DNA of 64,000 bases from assembly GCA_028286245.1 (NCBI GenBank), contig JAQBRY010000002.1:142779-206778 (forward strand). Reading direction: 5' to 3'. The notes beneath the pieces were generated by a model. The model was not told the DNA's origin, searched no databases, and worked only from the letters and a program-made list of their open reading frames with translations. Both the position numbers and the translations under genes were made by a program. This document shows positions 19,240 to 26,874 of this stretch, one piece after another; within the stretch, counting starts at the first letter, position 1, and each line of letters starts with the position of its first letter. This DNA comes from Candidatus Saccharimonadota bacterium (GTDB taxonomy: Bacteria; Patescibacteriota; Saccharimonadia; Saccharimonadales; UBA4665).

Positions 19240-20478
19240 CTAGAATTTGCCAGTAGCAATCAAGTCGATGTTGGCCGTGTAAATACCGGCTGGGGTCGTC
19301 AGTGAGGCGACAGCTGCAAAGGTGTAGGTGCTGTCCATACGGTAGAGCGGAGCGGTTGAAGAAGCCACTGGGTCTCCAAAGGTACCGATCACGCTGCCGG
19401 TATCACCAGTAGTTTCGGTATCCATCCCGTAAGTGTTAGCTCCTGTAGATTTGTAGTTTGCGTCTGCAGTCAGAGTTCCTGTGCCATTGGTGTCTGGTGT
19501 ACCGTCGCCAGTCGACATGCCAAATGCGGCCGTACCAATAACCATGGTACCTATTACATAGCCTCCGGTACCGATTGCCGGGATGTCACAGCTAGTACCA
19601 CCGTTGGCACTGAGGCCACCACAAGTAGTGTTACTGTTACGCATCGCAATGGTGGCGCCAGCCGTAGCGTTGGTAGAAATTTGGGAATATACGCTGCCGG
19701 TATCAATCGCCGTAGAGTCCAAGGTAGGGGTCGGGGTGCCATGACCGAGCGTCAAGGCGGGAGCATCTGCAGCCTGTGTAGAATCACAACCGTGCGTTGT
19801 CCATGAGCTGTGGATGGTGCCAGAGACACAGAACGTTAGTTGTTCCTGAACACGAGCCGTAATGGTAATGATTTGGTTAGTACTGAGGGCAATACCGCCA
19901 TAATCTTTGTAGTTACCAGGAGCGGTTGGCAGCGTATAGGCTGTAGTGCTAGAACCAAAAGTTGCATCTGAATAGGTATAAATACGAGCGTAGAAGGTAC
20001 CGAGGGTGCTGGTATTAGTTATGCCGGTCAGGTTAAATGACTGAACGCCTGCCGCCGCCGTAGAGCCTGAGCCCTTAGCGAGTTCGATGTGGCCGGCAGA
20101 TGCCGAAGTAGCTGCCCAACCCGGGCTGGTAATATCACCCGACACACCGGCTAAGCCTACGCCGGAAGTAACCATGGCAGTTGGGACGGTACAGGTATCA
20201 CCAATAATTGGGTTCTGGGAACAGAAGTCTATTATAAGGCTGTCGGCGGCCGTGGTAGTTGTAAACTTCACTTGGTAAGTAACGCCGGTACCACTACCGA
20301 CGCCGGTAGTAATAGTACCGCCACTTACGCCGGAGTCACTCAGCGTAATGCCGCGAAGGAGCAGCTGAGCAGCAGAGGCTGTCTTAGGCCGAAAGACCGG
20401 ATAGGCCACTCCTACCAAAAGTGCAACTGCGGCCATCGTGTAGCCGACCCGTTGCAATACACGAAACTTAGTTATCAT
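19240..20478 (-). CDS. secreted beta-rich WxL-like surface protein, 412 aa
   Basis: AAGGAG RBS and a signal peptide. Paralogous to the 18167-19228 product. Ends in YTANIDLIATGKF. Confidence 0.6.
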   Translation of the reverse strand: MITKFRVLQRVGYTMAAVALLVGVAYPVFRPKTASAAQLLLRGITLSDSGVSGGTITTGVGSGTGVTYQVKFTTTTAADSLIIDFCSQNPIIGDTCTVPTAMVTSGVGLAGVSGDITSPGWAATSASAGHIELAKGSGSTAAAGVQSFNLTGITNTSTLGTFYARIYTYSDATFGSSTTAYTLPTAPGNYKDYGGIALSTNQIITITARVQEQLTFCVSGTIHSSWTTHGCDSTQAADAPALTLGHGTPTPTLDSTAIDTGSVYSQISTNATAGATIAMRNSNTTCGGLSANGGTSCDIPAIGTGGYVIGTMVIGTAAFGMSTGDGTPDTNGTGTLTADANYKSTGANTYGMDTETTGDTGSVIGTFGDPVASSTAPLYRMDSTYTFAAVASLTTPAGIYTANIDLIATGKF

Positions 20479-20592
20479 TGAATTTCTCCTTGAGTATTTT
20501 TGTTTATTGTTTTTGGTTTTAGATATTTCTGAGGCTATCGTAACACGCTTATGTTAGGGCTGCAAGCAAAACATTAAAAAGTTATCCACAAG

Positions 20593-21330
20593 TTAATAGG
20601 TCGCGGTAGCAACGAGATCGTGTTCCAGCGAGTAGGTTCCGCCCGGCGTTACGTTACTAATATTAAATAAGTAGGAGATCGTGTAGTTAGTGTAGCTGCT
20701 GCTGGCAGTGGACAAGGCTATGGTGTCATCTTTTACGTACTTATATATGTTAGGACTACTGTAATCCACTGCCACCTGGCCAAAACCAAAGGACGTATCA
20801 GGGCCCTGCGTAGGATCGGCACCAAAGGTAGTTGGCAGGGTATTGGCCACTAGGTTAATACCGAACTGCTCGGTTCCCACCTGTGAGGCAGATGGAATGG
20901 TAATTGCCGCCATATGATAGGTGTTGTTCTTAGGAGTATCAGATGTAGAAGTAACCGTATAGCCATTTGACAGGTACGATTTAACGCTAAAGGTGGCCGT
21001 TGTCGTTTTGGTGGTAGTTGGTGTCATGGTTCCCAGGTCTACGTTTGTAGTACCAACGGTAAATTCGATGTAGGGTTCCCTATTTGTATTAAAGCCACCC
21101 TGGGCCTGAAAATTAGTGCTCGCCGTATTGCCTACCGCTGTTTCACCGGCCGACTGCTTAGAGCAGTAGCTTCCTGAACAGGCATTGAGCTCGCCGCCGC
21201 TACCAAAAAAGACCTCGTTCACTTGATACGAATTGGAGGATGACTGAGCAGCAAAAGTTATTGCTGGGGTGAGTACTACCACGAGCAATCCAAAAAAGGC
21301 TAGTTTTACTGTTTGTTTCCAGACACGCAT
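20593..21330 (-). CDS. secreted beta-rich WxL-like surface protein, about 245 aa
   Basis: Signal peptide MRVWKQTVKLAFFGLLVVVLTPAITFA from the ATG at 21330. Contains NGYTVTSTS...EQFGINLVANT. Ends in YSLEHDLVATATY. Confidence 0.6.
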   Translation of the reverse strand: MRVWKQTVKLAFFGLLVVVLTPAITFAAQSSSNSYQVNEVFFGSGGELNACSGSYCSKQSAGETAVGNTASTNFQAQGGFNTNREPYIEFTVGTTNVDLGTMTPTTTKTTTATFSVKSYLSNGYTVTSTSDTPKNNTYHMAAITIPSASQVGTEQFGINLVANTLPTTFGADPTQGPDTSFGFGQVAVDYSSPNIYKYVKDDTIALSTASSSYTNYTISYLFNISNVTPGGTYSLEHDLVATATY

Positions 21331-21431
21331 AATACTAGGTATATTTTGCCGTAAAACCAACAAAATGGCAATCCGTTTACGGTTACAAGGTTTTTAAAGT
21401 ATCATAAGACTACTTATAGACGCAGTAAATT

Positions 21432-22418
21432 ATGGACTCCACTAACCCAACACCACCAGAAGAAAGCCAAGCCGACCCCGATGCCGATGCCGACGCCCTA
21501 GAACGCACCGACACAGAAAATGCTGAGGCAGAAAAAGCTACAACACCGGTAGCACCCGTCGCGCCGCCAAAAAAAGGCGGTATTATGGGTATTGTTAAAC
21601 GATTTAACATTTACCTTATGCTGTTCCTTTTTGTACTGACTATCGCTGTGGCAGTTATTATTGTGGCTTACTTTCAGAGCCAAAAGGGCACCACAAAAGC
21701 TACCGTTACTACACAGGATCTTAATCAGGCGGCCCTCGATCAGCTGGCTAATAGCGACGCCTCTGTGGGCGATCCTAAACAGTTACTGAATGTTCAGTCT
21801 AATGCCGTTTTTGCCGGCCAGGTACTGGTGCGAGGCTCCGCGGAGATTGCCGGCGGCCTCCAAGTAACGGGTAGTACTGTTCTGGTAAACCTTACCACCT
21901 CCGGCCCCGCCGTGTTTGATCAAGCGCAGGTTAATAAAACGCTGAGCGTCGCCGGCGACACCACCATACAAGGAAGCCTGGCAATTCAAAAAGGCATTCA
22001 AGTAAATGGCGGCGGTAGCTTTAGCGGGCCGGTAACCGCCACCCAGATCACTACAAATGCCTTCCAGCTGGCAGGCGACCTGACACTGACTAGCCACGTG
22101 GTAGCCGGCGGCTCAACTCCTACTCGGGTCAATGGCCCGGCGCTCGGCAGCGGCGGCACTACCAGCGTAAGCGGCTCCGACACTAGCGGCACCCTAGCCG
22201 TGAATACCGGTAGCGGACCCTCAGCCGGTTGCTTTGCCACCATCACCTTTGCTCGTAAATATAACGCCGTTCCGCACATTACCGTCACGCCGGTTGGCTC
22301 AGATGCCGGCGGACTAGCCTACTATATTACCCGCACCGCAACCACCTTTAGTATCTGTTCCGCCTCCCCGGCGCCTGCCGGCTCATCCTTTGCTTTTGAT
22401 TACTTTGTCGTGGAATAA
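21432..22418 (+). CDS. membrane-anchored beta-helical repeat protein
   Basis: Acidic N-terminus, then one TM helix (IYLMLFLFVLTIAVAVIIVAYF). Degenerate G/T/V-rich repeats follow (VLVRGSAEIAGGLQVTGSTVLV...). The C-terminal ~90-aa beta domain may be lectin-like. Confidence 0.6.
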   Translation: MDSTNPTPPEESQADPDADADALERTDTENAEAEKATTPVAPVAPPKKGGIMGIVKRFNIYLMLFLFVLTIAVAVIIVAYFQSQKGTTKATVTTQDLNQAALDQLANSDASVGDPKQLLNVQSNAVFAGQVLVRGSAEIAGGLQVTGSTVLVNLTTSGPAVFDQAQVNKTLSVAGDTTIQGSLAIQKGIQVNGGGSFSGPVTATQITTNAFQLAGDLTLTSHVVAGGSTPTRVNGPALGSGGTTSVSGSDTSGTLAVNTGSGPSAGCFATITFARKYNAVPHITVTPVGSDAGGLAYYITRTATTFSICSASPAPAGSSFAFDYFVVE

Positions 22419-22457
22419 TACTGACCAGTAACATCAGATATGATATAATACATAGCC

Positions 22458-23993
22458 ATGACAACGCCTATAGCTACCAACACAAATGAAAAAATCGGCC
22501 AGTTAATCGCCCGTATCCGTCAGGATAGGGGCCTAACCCAAGCCGAGTTTGCCGACCGGCTTAAAACCTCCCAGTCAGCCGTAAACCGGATTGAACACGG
22601 CCGGCAAAACCTAAGTTTAGAGATGTTAGGACGCATTAGTGACGTCTTAAATAAGCAGCTGATCAGCGTGAGTGGTGGTGCAGTAAACCTAAGAATTGAA
22701 GGCGGCCACGAGCTGCACGGCGAAATTGACCTCAAAACCAGTAAGAATGCTGCCGTTTCACTATTATGCGCCAGCCTTCTCAACTATGGTGTTACCCGCT
22801 TTAAATCATTTCCACGTATCGAGGAGGTAAACCGCATTATTGAAGTGCTCGAAAGCATCGGCGTCCAGGTAAAATGGCTGCCCGGCAATGATCTGGAAAT
22901 CCGCCGTCCAGAAGTTTTACAACTCGACAAACTGGACGCCAAAGCGGCCCGTAAAACTCGTTCGGTCCTGATGTTGATTGGCCCGCTTATGCACGACCAC
23001 CAACTATTCAAAATTCCGTTTGCCGGTGGTTGTAAGCTCGGCACACGCACAGTGGCTCCCCACTTTTATGCGCTCGAAGAACTCGGCGTTAGCATTGTAG
23101 CTACCAAAGGCAATTACGAAGTAGCGGTTAATAAAAAATCAGCCGACAGAATTACCCTGTACGAACCGGGTGACACCGTTACCGAAAACGTTCTCATGGC
23201 TGCCGCCCGCACCACCGACCAGGTGTTTATAGAGTTTGCCAGTGCCAACTACATGGTGCAAGAAATGTGCTTTTTCCTGCAAAAACTCGGCGTCGAGATC
23301 AGCGGCATCGGTACCAGCAAGTTAACCGTAAAAGGCGTACCATTTATAAAAAAGAACATTACCTACGCCCCGAGCGAAGACCCCATTGAGGCCATGTTCT
23401 TTGTGTCGGCCGCGGTCACCACGAACTCTGAAATCACTATTAATCGTGTGCCAATCGAGTTTATGTCTATGGAGCTTCTTAAGCTCAAAAAAATGGGGCT
23501 TAGCTACGACGTAACACCTCGTTACAAAGCCCTCAACGGCCAAACCGATCTGGTAGACCTAACCGTTCATAAACACGACGGCAAACTACGTGCTGTGGCC
23601 GATAAAATCCACTCCCTGCCCTTCCCTGGCCTCAACGCCGACAACCTGCCCTACTTTGTGCCAATTGCCAGCGTCACCCGCGGCCGCACGCTTATCCACG
23701 ACTGGATGTATGAAAACCGGGCCATCTACTACACCGAAATGACTAAGATTGGTGCCCAAATTGAACTGGCCGACCCGCACCGTGTATTCATTACCGGCGC
23801 TACTAAATTTACTCCCGCCGATGTGGTTTGTCCGCCAGCCCTCCGGCCAGCTTCACTACTGCTCATAGGCATGCTCGCCGCCAACGGCATCAGCATCCTG
23901 CGTAACATCTACACTATTCAGCGCGGCTACGAAGACCTGGCCGAACGACTCAACAGCCTCGGCGCCGACATTACCGTCCTCCACGAGATCTAG
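22458..23993 (+). CDS. murA: XRE-type HTH domain fused to UDP-N-acetylglucosamine 1-carboxyvinyltransferase
   Basis: N-terminal IARIRQDRGLTQAEFADRLKTSQSAVNRIEHG (HTH_3-like). The rest is collinear with MurA/EPSP-synthase fold proteins (KTSKNAAVSLLCASLL, active-site-loop Cys in FAGGCKLGTRTV). TATAAT (22444-22449) ends 8 nt before the ATG. Confidence 0.85.
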   Translation: MTTPIATNTNEKIGQLIARIRQDRGLTQAEFADRLKTSQSAVNRIEHGRQNLSLEMLGRISDVLNKQLISVSGGAVNLRIEGGHELHGEIDLKTSKNAAVSLLCASLLNYGVTRFKSFPRIEEVNRIIEVLESIGVQVKWLPGNDLEIRRPEVLQLDKLDAKAARKTRSVLMLIGPLMHDHQLFKIPFAGGCKLGTRTVAPHFYALEELGVSIVATKGNYEVAVNKKSADRITLYEPGDTVTENVLMAAARTTDQVFIEFASANYMVQEMCFFLQKLGVEISGIGTSKLTVKGVPFIKKNITYAPSEDPIEAMFFVSAAVTTNSEITINRVPIEFMSMELLKLKKMGLSYDVTPRYKALNGQTDLVDLTVHKHDGKLRAVADKIHSLPFPGLNADNLPYFVPIASVTRGRTLIHDWMYENRAIYYTEMTKIGAQIELADPHRVFITGATKFTPADVVCPPALRPASLLLIGMLAANGISILRNIYTIQRGYEDLAERLNSLGADITVLHEI

Positions 23994-24016
23994 CATCCGG
24001 ACACTACCAGTTCTAT

Positions 24017-24034
24017 GGTATAATCACCTCTGTT
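24017..24034 (+). promoter_or_regulatory. conserved tRNA promoter block GGTATAATCACCTCTGTT
   Basis: TATAAT at 24019-24024, with TG at the extended -10 position. The identical 18-mer recurs at 34666-34683 upstream of tRNA-His. It abuts the tRNA-Gly 5' end. Confidence 0.65.
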
Positions 24035-24109
24035 GCGGGATTAGTACATCGGTTAGTATGTGAGTTTTCCAAACTCGAGAGACCAGTTCGACTCTGGTAT
24101 CCCGCACCA
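24035..24109 (+). tRNA. tRNA-Gly(UCC)
   Basis: Hand-folded cloverleaf. Acceptor GCGGGAT/ATCCCGC. Anticodon arm TGAGT-TTTCCAA-ACTCG. T-arm ACCAG-TTCGACT-CTGGT. CCA is encoded. Confidence 0.9.
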
Positions 24110-24121
24110 TCATTACGCCGC

Positions 24122-24198
24122 GCCCTGGTAGCTCAGTTGGATAGAGCAGGAGACTTCTAAGCTCAAGGTCATTGGTTCGAATCCAATCCGGGGCACCA
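24122..24198 (+). tRNA. tRNA-Arg(UCU)
   Basis: Acceptor GCCCTGG/CCGGGGC. D-arm GCTC-AGTTGGATA-GAGC. Anticodon loop CTTCTAA. T-arm ATTGG-TTCGAAT-CCAAT. CCA is encoded. The anticodon stem has only 3 Watson-Crick pairs (GGAGA/GCTCA). Confidence 0.8.
24181..24198 (+). repeat. attL-like direct repeat ATCCAATCCGGGGCACCA (3' end of tRNA-Arg)
   Basis: Perfect 18/18 match to 29509-29526 in the same orientation. Confidence 0.85.
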
Positions 24199-24475
24199 GA
24201 TAGAACAGGTGGTCAGTCTCACTGATTTTACCAATCATCTGGTACACGGCAGCGGTACGCAGTACCACCTGCTCGTCATAGATGTCTTCGGCAGCCATTA
24301 TGTACAACTGCTTTGCGGCTGTCTTCGCACCAGCCGTTTCATCGTAGGTCAGAATCACGTTCAGCCAATATATCGCTTCTCTGATGCGACCAATTTTTAT
24401 CTCCTTACGGAGCGAACTGATTACCTCAAAAAAGTCGTAAGCCCCAAGCTTCTTTTGATAATAGCCAGCACTCAT
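24199..24475 (-). pseudogene. RarA/MgsA C-terminal-domain-like fragment
   Basis: YDFFEVISSLRKEIKIGRIREAIYWLNVIL...AKQLYIMAAEDIYDEQVVLRTAAVYQMIG resembles the MgsA_C helical domain. There is no AAA+ part. The ORF has no stop of its own and runs into the antisense of tRNA-Arg (track end 24113). Confidence 0.45.
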
Positions 24476-24665
24476 ATTTGTAGTAAATCCATACTACTAA
24501 TTCTGACTTAGCCATGCTGCAAGTCAAGTTATTTGTATCTGTTAAGCACTACTGGTATGCAGGCTGTTAGAGCGTCTATTTCATATAAAGTGTGGGTTTG
24601 GATGTTTAGCCGGTGGGAACGCAGTGAGCGGCATATATGCAGGCTCCATCCTGTAATCCATATCC

Positions 24666-25304
24666 TCAGGAAGTTGCATATTCAATAAACTCTTTACCAA
24701 ATGCAGTTACTCGCACGAAGGGGGCAGGATAGCCCTCAGTGATACGGTTATCACTGAATTGGCTGAGTAATCCAAGATGAGTCAGGTTGTATATGTTGTC
24801 CTCGTTTTTATCGGTGCTGCCGTATATCTGGTAGCTTTTATCTTGCCTTGAAAGGTCAACGTCTTTGAGTGTTGCGACATCAATGTTGCTGAGTTGCTGT
24901 GAAGTCATGAGCAGCCTTTCCAGAGGGAACTCTTCATGGTCGCCAGTTGCCACATACCCAAGAAATACGTTCTTGATGTACTGCCTTTTTTCTTCGTTTC
25001 GCTCTGCAAGGTACTGCTCTACACAATAGACAAAGCCATCTTGGAATGTTTCAGTTGCAAGAACATCCTCTGTAAATATCTCTGGATTATCACGAATAAG
25101 TTCGACCCATTCAATGGCTCGTTTCTCACGAAGCTTCAAAGCATTACCAAAGATTGCCTTCGTAAGTCCCCAAGCCGTTCCTAGTCCGACTACGGAAAGG
25201 GCGATTTTATCGGCTCCACTCAAAGCGGTGCCAGCAGCAGAAACCGCCTGATCAGCGACAACCGCGGCGGAGGCTTTTAATAACTCTTTATCACTATCTT
25301 TCAT
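24666..25304 (-). CDS. hypothetical protein, 212 aa, with Gly/Ala-rich hydrophobic N-terminal segment
   Basis: ATG at 25304 with TATAAT (25311-25316) 6 nt upstream, 40 nt after the stop of the nuclease-fold gene. Hydrophobic segment AVSAAGTALSGADKIALSVVGLGTAWGLTKAIFG. The track's start at 25454 was rejected because it overlaps the upstream gene. Confidence 0.55.
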   Translation of the reverse strand: MKDSDKELLKASAAVVADQAVSAAGTALSGADKIALSVVGLGTAWGLTKAIFGNALKLREKRAIEWVELIRDNPEIFTEDVLATETFQDGFVYCVEQYLAERNEEKRQYIKNVFLGYVATGDHEEFPLERLLMTSQQLSNIDVATLKDVDLSRQDKSYQIYGSTDKNEDNIYNLTHLGLLSQFSDNRITEGYPAPFVRVTAFGKEFIEYATS

Positions 25305-25344
25305 AACACTATTATATGTCGTCTTTCTGCTTACGGCTCTTAGT

Positions 25345-26874
25345 TTATTGCTCTTCGTCAACAGTAACTGTGTATGCGTCCTGTAAGTCTCCCCCGAAGA
25401 CGTATTCGTAATGTTCCAGTTCATCACGGAAGTTGTTTCGTAAAAACGTCGCATACTCCCAGCCAGCGGTTAGGCGGTCACTGACGTATGGCTCAATCAG
25501 CTCTGATAGCGGATGCGACTTTGCTAGAAATGCCAGTTCTTCCATATCATCAATCGAAGCCACGACATACGGCGATTCATCAATGATTTCGACTGGCAGA
25601 CCTGCGTTGACGACCTTTTCCTTAACGATTTCGTGCAGCATACGGATTTGCTCACCCATCAAGTACCATTTCTCAAGAGTCGTCACACATATGTACGCCT
25701 TCTTTTCAGCCGCCAGCGTAAAGGTAGGGTTGCGATATGTGCCGTCACGATATGCCTTGAGACTCAGATATGCTTGAGTGACCGCATCTCCAAGCAAGCC
25801 CAGTTGCTCGAACAGTTCCTTATCGTCTAATAGCGATGTTTTTGCTCCCATCGTAAGACGCTTTGTCTTGCACTCATCGATTAAGCATTGGTCTGGCTGG
25901 TCGATAACCCAGTCGCAGCGGTTCGGGCTTGTAGCGGTATTCTGTTCGCCAGGGTAAATACCGATACCACTTCCATCGAATGTTTTGGCGAGCATGGAGC
26001 CGACATACTCCTCAAAAGCTTGACCAAATACATTGTCGAAGCCCTTTTCTCTGTATAAATCGTAGTAAAGTCCAGAGGTAAGACGCCAATAAAGTAATCT
26101 GGGCAACGGACAGACATGTGCTGGTCTGCCGTTGATTTCCGTAAAGATGATTGGGTAAGTGTACAGCGAATGATGCCCATAAAAGAACTGGTCGTCCAGA
26201 TGTCGCTCTGATGGATTTGTGAGCATCGCCTTAATTTCATCCAACGGCTTCGAGTACAAACTCATAAACTGGTCGTAGTCAGCCTGGGTTATGCCAGTAA
26301 GTGACAGGTCTTCGAGCGGATAGAACATGCCAATGTACTGGGAGTAATTACCAAACATTGAAGTACCGAGGGTGAATAACTGTTTTGGCTCCAAACCAAG
26401 CTTCCGTTTCACGATGGGAATCATTTGCGGATGACCGAATATCTTGGAATACCGAACCATGCTTTCATTGCTTGGTCTGTCGGTCTGATATTTGAATTGA
26501 CGATGGGCGAGCCGTACCGACACTTCATGCATGATGTTCTTCTGACCAATATGGTGCTTTGCGATGAACTCTTCAATAGCCTTCATTTTATTGATGACAC
26601 TACCCATGCTGTTTGCTCGCTTGAGCGTATTGCGTGGTGATGGGCTTGGCTCACATACGATTACCACTTCTCGTGCCAGTGTCTCCAACTCCCAGGGCAA
26701 AAACGCATTCGGTCTATCAATCCAGGGGTGAACTTCAATATCATTCGGCATTGCAGGTGCCGCTCGCAACGCATCGTGTACAGAATAAGCCCTGATAACG
26801 CCAAGAGTGTCGATAATATCGAGTGTATTCAGATAATTGCGAAGTGGCTTCCATGCGTCATAAACATCGGTCAT
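25345..26874 (-). CDS. PD-(D/E)xK nuclease-fold protein, about 509 aa
   Basis: GQAFEEYVGSML...RCDWVIDQPDQCLIDECKTKRL (D...ExK at 25867-25917). The first ~300 aa are unrecognised. CATACT (26881-26886) lies 6 nt upstream of the ATG at 26874. The track's TTG start at 26919 is less likely. Confidence 0.65.
   Translation of the reverse strand: MTDVYDAWKPLRNYLNTLDIIDTLGVIRAYSVHDALRAAPAMPNDIEVHPWIDRPNAFLPWELETLAREVVIVCEPSPSPRNTLKRANSMGSVINKMKAIEEFIAKHHIGQKNIMHEVSVRLAHRQFKYQTDRPSNESMVRYSKIFGHPQMIPIVKRKLGLEPKQLFTLGTSMFGNYSQYIGMFYPLEDLSLTGITQADYDQFMSLYSKPLDEIKAMLTNPSERHLDDQFFYGHHSLYTYPIIFTEINGRPAHVCPLPRLLYWRLTSGLYYDLYREKGFDNVFGQAFEEYVGSMLAKTFDGSGIGIYPGEQNTATSPNRCDWVIDQPDQCLIDECKTKRLTMGAKTSLLDDKELFEQLGLLGDAVTQAYLSLKAYRDGTYRNPTFTLAAEKKAYICVTTLEKWYLMGEQIRMLHEIVKEKVVNAGLPVEIIDESPYVVASIDDMEELAFLAKSHPLSELIEPYVSDRLTAGWEYATFLRNNFRDELEHYEYVFGGDLQDAYTVTVDEEQ

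Noticed and set aside
21331-21363. N-terminal extensions proposed by the longest-ORF track. Examples include 21363, 25454, 26919, 29502, 34824, 43546, 48613, 50843, 53444, 61061, 62397 and 12823.
   Set aside because: These extensions start at TTG/GTG or upstream ATG codons. They overlap promoters, att repeats or neighbouring genes and place residues in front of obvious signal peptides. Downstream ATG codons with a -10 or RBS context were preferred.
24113-24198. The last 28 codons of the track ORF 24113-24475
   Set aside because: These codons are simply the antisense of tRNA-Arg and the att repeat. I treated only 24199-24475 as the possible gene fragment.
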